From assembly GCA_013332955.2 (NCBI GenBank), contig JABCPS020000021.1:1-59385 (forward strand): a stretch of DNA of 59,385 nucleotides, written 5' to 3'. The translations under genes were made by a program, and so were the position numbers. Below are positions 9,627 through 19,384 of the stretch, in pieces. Source of the stretch: Candidatus Saccharimonadota bacterium (lineage in GTDB: Bacteria; Patescibacteriota; Saccharimonadia; Saccharimonadales; Saccharimonadaceae). Numbering within the stretch: position 1 is the stretch's first letter; each line of letters starts with the position of its first letter. A model generated the notes under the pieces. That model worked only from the letters and a program-made list of their open reading frames with translations. It was not told the origin of the DNA and did not search any database.

Positions 9627-11135
9627 TTATATATGTCGCAACCAACAGGCTCTCGGATCGCTACCGTCATGAAAATATCCATCTATACCCAATACGGCTC
9701 TTCTAGCATCTACACCATATATCTCTTTATATTCAAACCTAGTACAATTTATCATACCATCAGAGTCTTTCCAGCTTTTATACCCCTCTAACCTAATGTC
9801 GCCTAGGAACATTTCATCACTTTCAGGTACGTATTTCAAGTCTGTATCAGGGGATACAATAATCTTTGTAAGATTTGGGTTGTTTTTAAACATCTTTTTA
9901 GTATTCTTTAGTTGTGGTGAAAATTTATTATACCCAAAATTAATCTCCTTGAATCCTTCATCGGTACGTTCGAACATAGATTCCATGTTCTTACATTTTG
10001 AAATATCTATACCAGTGAGGTCTATTTCATCAATCTGAGGACTATTTCCTGAAGAGAAAAATCCAGCACAATTATCTCCGAGCGATAATTTTCCGGATGG
10101 GGTCCACCAATTTAGCATACGCTGGCTACCTGTATCACCACAATCCAACCACACCAAGATTGGTTCCATATCTTCCGTTTCTGCTGCATTATACATACCA
10201 ACATAATCTGCCCCATCAGAGCATGAAGACTTGCGCTCAGCTGGACGTATCTGATATTCAAATTCTGACTCCACTTGTGGTGATATTCTACTATCAGATT
10301 TAATATCCTCTGTCATTTCCAAATAAATCGGTACACTATATTTAAATGTATCAAAAACCTGACTAACTGAGGCAAGCTTTAAAATCTCCCTGAAGAATTT
10401 TTTCCCACTAGTTGAGACGGCAGGCTTATCATTTACCGTATTAGATATAGTGCTAAAAATTAATTTGTCTTCATAAGTAGACGGTGTTATCTGCTTATTT
10501 ATACTGATTTTGCAATATACGCCATTATTAACATTCTTGTTGACAGTCTTTACATAACCAACCGCATCAATTACCCTAGGCTCTGATTTTTTTGGTATAT
10601 CTAAAGCAAACTTCCTATTTCCAGAAACTGCCTGATATATCTCACCCTGACCATTTTCCGGCTGATAAATGGTACCACAATACCAAAAATTATCTTCATT
10701 ATTTACATTGAAGGGATCTTTAAAATCCTCCGCCGTGGCAGAACGTATCTTATCACTAACACCATGATCTAGGCTATACATGCTAGTGTCTTCATCTGCG
10801 TCCGAAAAGTAAACTTTGTATCCTGCAGGATTATTTGTTTTCACAGTAGGGATCATAAGAACACTACTTGGCGCCGTGGGATTAGTTTCATTCGCATTAA
10901 GGTAAATATCGTCAAATTTATGAAATGTGGAGTCAACACTCATGGAGAGGGTGATATCTTTTTGCTTTGGCGAAGTCGTATTTTCTTCAGCATGTGCGAA
11001 GTTCATAAAATTAGGAACAATGGCGAAAGTGCCCAAGATAAGAGATATACCACCAAGCGAAACGATTGGTAGGAGATTAAAAACATACTGACGGAAACCC
11101 TGGACTCTTTTTAGAAATTTAATGGGTTTTAGCAT
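9627..11135 (-). CDS. Secreted/surface protein, divergent BspA-family paralog with only about 2 LRR units
   Basis: Signal ending AHA. Shares the TVKTNNPAGY...KIRS...TYEDKLIFSTISN N-terminal domain with the other three paralogs. IDLTGIDISKCKNMESMF repeat and GYF near the C-terminus. Confidence 0.8.
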   Translation of the reverse strand: MLKPIKFLKRVQGFRQYVFNLLPIVSLGGISLILGTFAIVPNFMNFAHAEENTTSPKQKDITLSMSVDSTFHKFDDIYLNANETNPTAPSSVLMIPTVKTNNPAGYKVYFSDADEDTSMYSLDHGVSDKIRSATAEDFKDPFNVNNEDNFWYCGTIYQPENGQGEIYQAVSGNRKFALDIPKKSEPRVIDAVGYVKTVNKNVNNGVYCKISINKQITPSTYEDKLIFSTISNTVNDKPAVSTSGKKFFREILKLASVSQVFDTFKYSVPIYLEMTEDIKSDSRISPQVESEFEYQIRPAERKSSCSDGADYVGMYNAAETEDMEPILVWLDCGDTGSQRMLNWWTPSGKLSLGDNCAGFFSSGNSPQIDEIDLTGIDISKCKNMESMFERTDEGFKEINFGYNKFSPQLKNTKKMFKNNPNLTKIIVSPDTDLKYVPESDEMFLGDIRLEGYKSWKDSDGMINCTRFEYKEIYGVDARRAVLGIDGYFHDGSDPRACWLRHI

Positions 11136-11231
11136 GTATTCTCTCCTTTTTATTTTATGCTTATGCTTCTAGTTTCATTCTACACTATTTTAAAGAAAAA
11201 GAACCCCGAGATGAGGTTCTTTTCTTGGTTT

Positions 11232-12290
11232 TTAGAAATGACCGAATTTGGCGGTATCTTCGTATTTTTTATGTAAGAGATCCAGATCTTTGATGATATT
11301 TTTCGGCGTACAGGCGGCATATAATTCTGACTCTGGCGTGATATTTTTGCCATCACCCTTGATATAGATTGCAAGTGGCTCAGCAATACCAATAGCGTAG
11401 GAAAGTTGCACTTCGCAAGAATGCAAATTATAGCGCTTGAGATAGTCCACGGCAATTTCGCGCGCCTTATAGGCAGCTGAGCGGTCCACCTTGGATGGAT
11501 CTTTACCAGAAAAGGCACCACCTCCGACCGGGGCAAATGACTGATAGCTATCGACTACAATTTTACGACCAGTGAGCCCAGCATCGCCCATAAAACCACC
11601 GATGAGGAATTTGCCGGTAGGGTTAACGAGGAATTTTTCGACTTCTACGCCGTATTTGCCGGCAATTTCACGGGCCTTATCGATGAGAATTTGATCGGTT
11701 TCGGCGCGATTAGTTTCGGTATTTTGATAACTGATAGTCCAATCCTTAATTTTAACAAGGCGCATATTATCATCGTATTCACCGGTGAGCTGAGTTTTAC
11801 CGTCAGCGAGAAAGCGTGAATCTTTTTGGCGCAATTCGTCATAGAATTTGGAAAATTCCTGCATAATCACCATGGCGGTCGGCTTATATTCGGCATTATC
11901 ATCGCAAGCAAAACCAAACATCATTCCCTGGTCGCCAGCGCCTCCCACTTCATCATTCGTACCGAGAGCGATGTCTTGGCTCTGGACGCCGAGATTATTG
12001 ACGATTTCAAAATCTGCGAGTGTGCCAGAAGGCGTGAGATTTTCTGCGTTCTCACCATTAATATAGCCAACCTCCTTTAAGACACGCATCACCACAGCTT
12101 CAACATCAACCTTAGCAGCGGAAGTGACTTCACCGGTGATAAAAATCCTACCTTTACCACCCATCACTTCGATGCCACAACGGGAGCCGGAATCGCCAGA
12201 GAGGAAGGCGTCCAGCAAGGCGTCACTAATTTGATCACAAACTTTATCAGGATGACCACGAAAAACAATCTCGTTACTGTATAGTTTCAT
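11232..12290 (-). CDS. metK: S-adenosylmethionine synthetase
   Basis: GHPDKVCDQISD, GAGDQG, GLTGRKI and GGGAFSGKDPSKVDRSAAY motifs. Confidence 0.97.
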   Translation of the reverse strand: MKLYSNEIVFRGHPDKVCDQISDALLDAFLSGDSGSRCGIEVMGGKGRIFITGEVTSAAKVDVEAVVMRVLKEVGYINGENAENLTPSGTLADFEIVNNLGVQSQDIALGTNDEVGGAGDQGMMFGFACDDNAEYKPTAMVIMQEFSKFYDELRQKDSRFLADGKTQLTGEYDDNMRLVKIKDWTISYQNTETNRAETDQILIDKAREIAGKYGVEVEKFLVNPTGKFLIGGFMGDAGLTGRKIVVDSYQSFAPVGGGAFSGKDPSKVDRSAAYKAREIAVDYLKRYNLHSCEVQLSYAIGIAEPLAIYIKGDGKNITPESELYAACTPKNIIKDLDLLHKKYEDTAKFGHF

Positions 12291-12365
12291 ATTTTCTTTC
12301 TTGTGGTCTTAACTTTTCTTTATTATAGCATAAGTAGAATCGGATAGTGGAATTTTAGCCGTCAA

Positions 12366-12391
12366 AAAATCCGGCGTTGGAGCCGGATTTT
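12366..12391 (-). terminator. Intrinsic terminator after gatB
   Basis: AAAATCCGGC-gttgga-GCCGGATTTT. Confidence 0.75.
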
Positions 12392-12447
12392 AGGTTTTAG
12401 CCTTAACTGGCTTTGATAGGAATTAATCCAAGTGATTAGCTAGATGA

Positions 12448-13911
12448 TTATTGCAATTTTTCGCGTAGAAGCTTCTGAGCAATGGCTGGATTAGCCTTAC
12501 CTTTCGAAGCTTTCATCACCTGGCCCACTAAGAAACCAATTACTTTTTCACTACCGGCCTTAAAATCGGCGACGGCTTGGGCGCAGGCTGGATCAGCTAG
12601 GACTTGATCGACAATATCAGATAAAGCACCGAGATCGTTTTCTTGAAGCAGATTGAGTTCCTTGGCGATTTCACGAGCCGACTTGTGATGCATATTTGGG
12701 TCGAAGAAACGCAGGAAGACTTCCTTAACACTAGTGGAAGAAAGCTCGTTTTTATTAATCATCTCAGAGAGTTCGCGAAGCTGCATGGTAGTCGGAAGTT
12801 CATCGTTCAAAAGACTACTATTTTCTTCCGCGAGAAGCACCGAAGTATAAAGATTAGAAATCTTCTGGATGGCATTCTTGGTGATTTCCTTTTCAATACC
12901 ATCAGCGTCACAAGCGGACTTTAATTCGGCTAGGCTTTCGACGAGATTTTGATGATCGAGAAGAATTTCGAGTTGTTCCTCTGGGATTACCACACGGAGC
13001 ATGGCGCGATAATCAGCTGGTAAGCGGACTAACTTAGTGCGCTCGGCCTCGACATATTCTTCGGTCAAATGAATTGGTGGAATATCTGGTTCTGGCATGT
13101 AGCGATAATCATTAGCCTCTTCCTTACTACGCTGGGAAGTGGTTTTACCAGTATTATCATTCCAACCACGGGTTTCCTGAACTACTTTTTCGCCATTATC
13201 CAGCAATTTTTTCTGCCTGTGATATTCGTATTCGACAGCCATTTCGACGGAGCGGAAAGAGTTGAGATTCTTAATTTCAGCACGAGTACCAAGCTCGGTG
13301 CTACCTTTTTTAGCGAGCGAAATATTCACATCGAAACGCATGTTGCCATTATAGAGGTCACCATAAGTAACGCCGGCAAAGGTGAGAATACGCCAAAGTT
13401 CTTTACAATAATCCCGGGCATCTTCCTTCGAGTGAATATCTGGCATGGAGACAATCTCGATCAGTGGGGTGTCGGCGCGGTTCAGGTCGACGAGACTATA
13501 GGTATCAAAATGCGTGAGCTTACCAGCATCACCTTCAAGGTGAGCATGTTCGATGCGAATTTTCGTACCGTTAGGTAGTTCTACGAAGCCTGGGCCAATA
13601 ATTGGCTGATACATCTGGGTGATTTGATAACCTTTCGGAGAATCTGGATAGAAATAATGTTTGCGATCGAAGCGCGAAATTAGATTGATATTAGAATTAA
13701 GCGCTAGGCCGGCACGGGTGGCGAGACGCACAGCTTCTTGATTCAAGCGTGGTAGCATACCAGGAAGAGCGTACTCGACTGGTGAAACACAAGAGTTCGG
13801 CTCCTTACCGCGAGCATCATTATCGACTTCGGAGAAAAGCTTAGTTTTAGTCGCGAGCTGAACGTGACATTCGATACCGATAGTAATTTCGTAAGCTGAA
13901 TTTTCTGACAT
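12448..13911 (-). CDS. gatB: Asp/Glu-tRNA amidotransferase subunit B
   Basis: IGIECHVQL, FDRKHYFYPD, EIKNLNSF and DYRYMPEPD motifs. Confidence 0.98.
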   Translation of the reverse strand: MSENSAYEITIGIECHVQLATKTKLFSEVDNDARGKEPNSCVSPVEYALPGMLPRLNQEAVRLATRAGLALNSNINLISRFDRKHYFYPDSPKGYQITQMYQPIIGPGFVELPNGTKIRIEHAHLEGDAGKLTHFDTYSLVDLNRADTPLIEIVSMPDIHSKEDARDYCKELWRILTFAGVTYGDLYNGNMRFDVNISLAKKGSTELGTRAEIKNLNSFRSVEMAVEYEYHRQKKLLDNGEKVVQETRGWNDNTGKTTSQRSKEEANDYRYMPEPDIPPIHLTEEYVEAERTKLVRLPADYRAMLRVVIPEEQLEILLDHQNLVESLAELKSACDADGIEKEITKNAIQKISNLYTSVLLAEENSSLLNDELPTTMQLRELSEMINKNELSSTSVKEVFLRFFDPNMHHKSAREIAKELNLLQENDLGALSDIVDQVLADPACAQAVADFKAGSEKVIGFLVGQVMKASKGKANPAIAQKLLREKLQ

Positions 13912-14330
13912 TAGATAGCTCCTAAATCTTTTAATGCTTGTTTATAGGTCTCCAAGGCACGGCGACTTTGATTGTAGTCGAGTTGGAAATTTTGCTCATG
14001 AGCGATTTGATTACGCTTCTTGTGGACATACCAAACTGAGTTTAATTCCGAAAAACGATGGCCGGAAGCTTTGAGTCGGTCGCCCATAGTTTTGCCCGGC
14101 GCGCCAAGTTCCATCATGGCCTTATCGAGTAATTTATCGGCCTCAATAAGAGCATAGTTAAAGCTCAATGGATTATCACGCGAGAGATTATTTTCAATCT
14201 TGAGGAAGTTAGCCTGATAATCTTCCTTATCGAAAGTATGAGTACGGTTGCCGAGCTGAGAAATTGAAATAAAAACCAAAATCCCCACAGCTAGTACAGC
14301 GACTAAGAGGATAAAGACGGGCGAATTCAT
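13911..14330 (-). CDS. Conserved hypothetical membrane-anchored protein with HEPN-like RxxxxH motif
   Basis: N-terminal TM helix; ALIEADKLLD..GKTMGDRLK..RNQIAHE; overlaps the gatA stop and the gatB start. Confidence 0.8.
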   Translation of the reverse strand: MNSPVFILLVAVLAVGILVFISISQLGNRTHTFDKEDYQANFLKIENNLSRDNPLSFNYALIEADKLLDKAMMELGAPGKTMGDRLKASGHRFSELNSVWYVHKKRNQIAHEQNFQLDYNQSRRALETYKQALKDLGAI

Positions 14331-15706
14331 GCGAAGTTCTCCTTAGCAAACTGTAAGAGATTACGATCACCGCGACGTGGGCCGATTAATTGCAAACCGA
14401 CTGGAAGTTCATCCTTATCACGATTGACTGGAATGGCCAAACTTGGTAAACCGGCGAGGTTAATTGGTACGCTCATGACATCTTCGAGATACATGGCGAC
14501 TGGATCATTGATTTTTTCACCTAATTTGAAGGCCGGAGACGGTGAAACTGGCGTGAGAATATAGTCACACTTTTCAAAAGCTTCTTCATAGGCCTTGATA
14601 ATAAGTGTACGGACTTTTTGAGCCTTGAGGTAGTAGGCATCATAAAAACCACTGCTTAGAACGAAGTTACCGATCATGATACGGCGCTTATTTTCTGGCA
14701 TAAAGCCATCGTTGCGACTAAGGCCAAAGACTTCTTCGATGTTGTGAGCTTCAGAACTGCGATAACCATAGCGAATACCATCATAACGCGAGAGATTGGA
14801 AGCGACCTCAGCTGGCACCACGACATAATAGACCGCAAGAGCGTACTTCAAAACCGGCATTGAAAGTTCGACGATTTCGTGACCATCGGCTTTCAGTTTT
14901 TCGATTTGAGATTTGAGGCCTTCACGAATTTCTGGTGCCACGTTTTCGTTATCAAAATCTTTAATCACTCCAATACGCTTCTTCTCACCAGTTTCGACGA
15001 CGGTTTCATTATAATAATCTGGCAAAGAGGTGAGGTCTTTTTCGTCCTGACCGCTAGTAATCGACATCAGGAGATCCAAGTCTTCTGGATTTTGAGTAAA
15101 GAAACCAATAACATCGGTGCTGGAGGCCATGGCTACCACACCATAACGAGAAATCGTGCCGTAAGTTGGCTTCAAACCATAGACGCCATTAAAAGAGGCC
15201 GGCTGACGAATCGAACCACCAGTATCGGTACCAGTAGCAAAAGGCACGATATCAAGTGCAACAGCGGCAGCAGAACCACCGGAAGATCCACCGGCGACAC
15301 GTTCAAAATCCTTGGCGTTATGGGTAGGACCGAAGAAAGAGTTTTCTGTCGAGGAACCGTGAGCAAAAGCATCGAGGTTAGTGCGACCAATCATAATCGC
15401 ACCTTCAGCTTCGAGCTTGGCGACGGTAGTAGAGTCGATTGGCGAACGGAGATTCGAGAGAATTTTCGAAGCGGCGGTAGTGTTTCCCTGTTTGCTAAGG
15501 AAGTTATCCTTCAAAGCATAAGGCACACCGGCGAGACGACCAACCTTTTCACCGTTTTGGATTTTTTGGTCGATTTCAGCGGCTTTTTTCAAAGCTTCGT
15601 CTTCATTAAGTGAAATAAAGATGTTGTGACTAGCGTATTTTTTGGCTTTTTCCAAGGCTTCCTTGACGAGCGAAACCGCGGAAGTATGTAAATCAGCAAT
15701 TTTCAT
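14327..15706 (-). CDS. gatA: Asp/Glu-tRNA amidotransferase subunit A
   Basis: Amidase signature GGSSGGSAAAVA, GTDTGGSIRQPAS and SNLSRYDGIRYG. Confidence 0.98.
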   Translation of the reverse strand: MKIADLHTSAVSLVKEALEKAKKYASHNIFISLNEDEALKKAAEIDQKIQNGEKVGRLAGVPYALKDNFLSKQGNTTAASKILSNLRSPIDSTTVAKLEAEGAIMIGRTNLDAFAHGSSTENSFFGPTHNAKDFERVAGGSSGGSAAAVALDIVPFATGTDTGGSIRQPASFNGVYGLKPTYGTISRYGVVAMASSTDVIGFFTQNPEDLDLLMSITSGQDEKDLTSLPDYYNETVVETGEKKRIGVIKDFDNENVAPEIREGLKSQIEKLKADGHEIVELSMPVLKYALAVYYVVVPAEVASNLSRYDGIRYGYRSSEAHNIEEVFGLSRNDGFMPENKRRIMIGNFVLSSGFYDAYYLKAQKVRTLIIKAYEEAFEKCDYILTPVSPSPAFKLGEKINDPVAMYLEDVMSVPINLAGLPSLAIPVNRDKDELPVGLQLIGPRRGDRNLLQFAKENFA

Positions 15707-15993
15707 TAGAGAACCTTCTGTACTTTAATCATATTTTGAGCTTGATCAGGTGCGAGTGCAAGAAGTTGCTCCCTGGTAGCATCCTGAGGTTTGATTTCGT
15801 CGGCACGCCAAACATTTTCCATTTCAAAGACCTGATAGGTTGGCTCGACCCCAGTGGTATTTAATTCATCAAGCTGGGAAATGTAACCCACGATATTAGT
15901 GACGTCCTGCTGAAGGGCGGAAATTTCGGCATCAGTGAGCTGCAAATTGGACAGCTTGGCTAAGTGTAAAATATCATCGCGCGTATTATTCAT
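15706..15993 (-). CDS. gatC: Asp/Glu-tRNA amidotransferase subunit C
   Basis: HLAKLSNL..QLDELNTTGVEPT..WRAD; first gene of the gat operon. Confidence 0.93.
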   Translation of the reverse strand: MNNTRDDILHLAKLSNLQLTDAEISALQQDVTNIVGYISQLDELNTTGVEPTYQVFEMENVWRADEIKPQDATREQLLALAPDQAQNMIKVQKVL

Positions 15994-16055
15994 AAGATAT
16001 ATTATACCATTTTTTTGATTAGGTTATTTTATAAAAATAATGTTATATTTGTGAT

Positions 16056-16391
16056 ATGGATTATTTAGAAAGAGCTAAACTTATCAATAAAGTTATTGAA
16101 GATGGCCACGAAATCATCGATAGGATGCGTCTTATTTCTAAATCTTCTGAATTAGAAGAACTGAAACCAATTATTGACAAATACGCTGATTTTGTTGATG
16201 AAAATTTTGGTGAACCATCCGATCTTGATGATGAAAAAGAATGCAGTCTGACTACGTCACTTTATGTGGCGTTGGATTGGAAAAGAAAATCACTTTACCC
16301 AGAAAATTTAGATTACGAGCCTACACAAGTTTTGGCGAAAGAATTCATGGACGGCTTCATTAGAGAACTTGATGATGAGAGCTGGACATAA
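16056..16391 (+). CDS. Hypothetical small acidic protein
   Basis: 111 aa AT-rich ORF with an extended -10-like element directly before the ATG. Confidence 0.7.
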   Translation: MDYLERAKLINKVIEDGHEIIDRMRLISKSSELEELKPIIDKYADFVDENFGEPSDLDDEKECSLTTSLYVALDWKRKSLYPENLDYEPTQVLAKEFMDGFIRELDDESWT

Positions 16392-16415
16392 TTATCTTAT
16401 TGCGTTTTTTAATTT

Positions 16416-16691
16416 TTAGTAAGATTCCTGCATCATATCTAAATATTTTTGCTTATCAGCTAAATTTGGTTCCACAAAACCATCACTTGAGGCATTCATC
16501 ATGAAAAAATCGGCATCCTTAGCAGGGTCTGGAAGAAGCAAAAACGGGCTGGATTCATAACTAAATTTCTCTTTCAAATTCCACATTTCCTGCTCGAAAT
16601 CATTATAGTCTTGTATCAAAAATTCAGAGGCTGGTTTTAAAAGATATTTTTCGTAGAGCTTAAGGATTTCCTGATATATTTGATTGTTCAT
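16416..16691 (-). CDS. Hypothetical small acidic protein (possible premature stop, natural end at 16392)
   Basis: 91 aa AT-rich ORF. Past the TAA the frame reads KLKNAIR* and ends exactly against the convergent gene. Confidence 0.65.
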   Translation of the reverse strand: MNNQIYQEILKLYEKYLLKPASEFLIQDYNDFEQEMWNLKEKFSYESSPFLLLPDPAKDADFFMMNASSDGFVEPNLADKQKYLDMMQESY

Positions 16692-16752
16692 ACTGATATT
16701 TTGTTTGAATTGCTTACTGTGAAGCTAAAAACACCTATATACTCAAAAGTTC

Positions 16753-17076
16753 CTACTGAGCGATTTTAGCTAATGAAAAAATATATTCAAAATCGTCAAA
16801 ATTTTTAGAACTAAAGAAAAAATCTTGATTATATTTAAATCTATCTAAAATTGTAATTCCTAATTCGTTAGCAAAAATCCTCTCTTCAGCGTCCGTATCA
16901 TCGAATTGATAATCCCTACAAATCAAAATATAATTGTCGCCAATAGTATTTTTTAATTTATAAATCTTACAATCTGGTTCAAAACCAATAACGTTAACAA
17001 AAGTTAGTTTTTCAGCACAATCAAAAGAATTTGCAATTTTTTCTATTTCCGCTTTATTTATAATTATCATATCCAT
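16753..17076 (-). CDS. Hypothetical small acidic protein
   Basis: 107 aa, very AT-rich, TATAAT immediately upstream. Confidence 0.65.
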   Translation of the reverse strand: MDMIIINKAEIEKIANSFDCAEKLTFVNVIGFEPDCKIYKLKNTIGDNYILICRDYQFDDTDAEERIFANELGITILDRFKYNQDFFFSSKNFDDFEYIFSLAKIAQ

Positions 17077-17197
17077 ATTATAAAGCAGATTTATTACTAA
17101 TTTGATGGAGTCGCAAACTAAAATTAAGAAAACTACCTTTTGGGTAGCTTTCTTAATCTAATCAAGCTAAGGATTTTTACCTTAACTAATAGTTTTC

Positions 17198-19384
17198 TTA
17201 GTCGCGACGAAGTTGTTTTTCGGAGATAATGCGCTTGCTACTGATATAAGTCAGGAGAAAGTAGCCACCATAAATTAGCACAATCATGGAAACGGTCATC
17301 GGAATCGAAGCAAGGAGCCCGTCAGAGCCGAATGATTCAATAATGCTTGAGGCAAACATAATACCAAAAATGGAATGGACGATGCCGATGAGTAATGGTG
17401 CGATAAAGAAGATTGCGATTTGGACGAAGAGCGCACGATTCAACATCTTATTACTGGCACCAAGGCGACGTAAGGCGGCATATTTTTCGATATTATCGGA
17501 AGATTCAGAAAGTTGCTTAAGGGCTAGAATTGCAGCAGAGGAAATGAGGAAGATGGTACCGAGATAAAAACCGACAAAGGTAGCGATAGCTTGCATACCA
17601 ACCATACCAGATTTTACCAGTAATTTAGTATAAAAATTAATGGCAACACCGCTTGGACGATCAGCTTGCTTAGCGGAGCTTCCGGCTTTTTGTGTGGCTT
17701 CTTCAGATGAATTAGCCGCATTGACGGATAAATCTCCGAGGTCGAAAGCCTTGCGTAAGTCATCGTCAATCTGTTCGGCAGTGCGGGTACCGCTGAGATT
17801 GTAATTCATCAGCATGGCTTGAGTACCGATTGGCTGGTCAGTGATTACATTATCAGGAACGACTAGAATACCAGTATTAGACTTAAAACCAGATGAAGTA
17901 ATGAAGCCTTCTTGGTGTTTTTTGGCAGCTGGATTGAGGATAAAATTACGATATTTAATTTGAGTATTGCCTGCAAGAGTTTTATCGAGAATCTCCGCCA
18001 TAGTCTTAAAGTCGGCCAGGAATTGATATTGATTGTCCTTCAAGTGAATTTCATCACGATGATAGAGCTTAGCGAGTTTATTATAATCAGAGACGCGAAT
18101 CATTGGCACAGTAGTTTTCGACATGAAGGCTTCCGCGGTTCCCGTCATAACTCCTGACGGTAAAATTTGACCATAAGTGAATTTACTATCAGCATAAACA
18201 TTCAGCTCAAGGTGATCTTTAATATCATTCGCAAGGTCTGGGTTTTGATTAATCAAAATCTGGTAGAGCGATTTCTTCATATAGGCCTGCGAAGTGGCAA
18301 GAGCGGCTTTTTCCTGATCATTAGACATCTGGGATAAATAGCCAACACTACTATTCGAGCCGTAAACCGCGAGATAATCAGTCAGCTCAGCCATGGCATC
18401 GACTGGCGTATTGTAAGCTAGTTCTCTTTTCATCGATTCATTGATTGAGAAACAGAGCGAAAGAATACTAATCGTGAGGAACAACAAGAGACTTATCAAA
18501 GACATGGAAATTACGGCAGTATTTACCTTGCTGGAAATCTGGCGGAAGACGAAGGAATTTAGCCCCTTGAAGTAAAACTTTTTGCTGCGAGTGACAATTT
18601 CCATAATCAAACCAGAGAGTGACCAGAAGATTAGGAAGGTGGTAACCACACCAGCAATAACCGGCCAAAGGAGATTATAAACACGATCCATGAGGGAGAC
18701 CTTGTCATTATTTACCCACCAATAAGCATAACCAAGCACCGAAGCAGAAACGACGAAGACGATGGCGCGAAGTAACGGATTTTTCAGAAAAGCTTTTTCG
18801 GATTTCTTGCTACCATGCAGTAATTCAATTATCTTCAAACGGCCGACAATGACAGTATTGAAGAAGATCACGATGGGGTAAATCAGACCGAAGTAAAGAA
18901 TCGTGTCGAAGAAGGCTTTTTCGGAAAAAACAAAAGTGAATTTATCCATATTAGCCTCGAAGAGTTTGGCGATTAGGACACTAATTAACTGGGAAACGCC
19001 AATACCAAGTAGAAGTCCCACGCCGAGGGAAATTACGCCAATCATCAGAGTTTCGAAGAAGAGGAGACGAGAGATTTTACGCTTACTCATACCGAGAGTG
19101 AGATAGATGGCGAATTCTTTATTGCGTCGCTTGATTAGAAAGCGGGAAGCGTAGATAATCAAAGCACCGAGAATAAAGACCACGAGAACACTCATACCAG
19201 AGAGAATTTTCGCTAGTAGGTCGACGATGAGTTTTCTGGAATTATTTAATTCAAGCACAGCTGCCTGAGAGCCGACGGAATTAAAAACATAGAAGAGCGT
19301 AACACCGAGCACTAACGTAAAGAAATAAATCGCATAATCCTTGATGCTGCGCGTAATATTTCGAAACGAAAGCTTAAATAACAT
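17198..19384 (-). CDS. ABC transporter permease, BceB/FtsX-like (antimicrobial peptide resistance type)
   Basis: MLFKLSFRNI..YAIYFFTL start, RRNKEFAIYLTLGMSK, about 10 TM helices with a large extracellular loop, LALKQLSE..YAALRRLG. Confidence 0.9.
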   Translation of the reverse strand: MLFKLSFRNITRSIKDYAIYFFTLVLGVTLFYVFNSVGSQAAVLELNNSRKLIVDLLAKILSGMSVLVVFILGALIIYASRFLIKRRNKEFAIYLTLGMSKRKISRLLFFETLMIGVISLGVGLLLGIGVSQLISVLIAKLFEANMDKFTFVFSEKAFFDTILYFGLIYPIVIFFNTVIVGRLKIIELLHGSKKSEKAFLKNPLLRAIVFVVSASVLGYAYWWVNNDKVSLMDRVYNLLWPVIAGVVTTFLIFWSLSGLIMEIVTRSKKFYFKGLNSFVFRQISSKVNTAVISMSLISLLLFLTISILSLCFSINESMKRELAYNTPVDAMAELTDYLAVYGSNSSVGYLSQMSNDQEKAALATSQAYMKKSLYQILINQNPDLANDIKDHLELNVYADSKFTYGQILPSGVMTGTAEAFMSKTTVPMIRVSDYNKLAKLYHRDEIHLKDNQYQFLADFKTMAEILDKTLAGNTQIKYRNFILNPAAKKHQEGFITSSGFKSNTGILVVPDNVITDQPIGTQAMLMNYNLSGTRTAEQIDDDLRKAFDLGDLSVNAANSSEEATQKAGSSAKQADRPSGVAINFYTKLLVKSGMVGMQAIATFVGFYLGTIFLISSAAILALKQLSESSDNIEKYAALRRLGASNKMLNRALFVQIAIFFIAPLLIGIVHSIFGIMFASSIIESFGSDGLLASIPMTVSMIVLIYGGYFLLTYISSKRIISEKQLRRD

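Noticed and set aside
12291..12447. SAM riboswitch upstream of metK
   Set aside because: An extended -10 box (TGC-TATAAT) lies about 30 nt upstream of the ATG, leaving no room, and no SAM-I/II consensus is visible.
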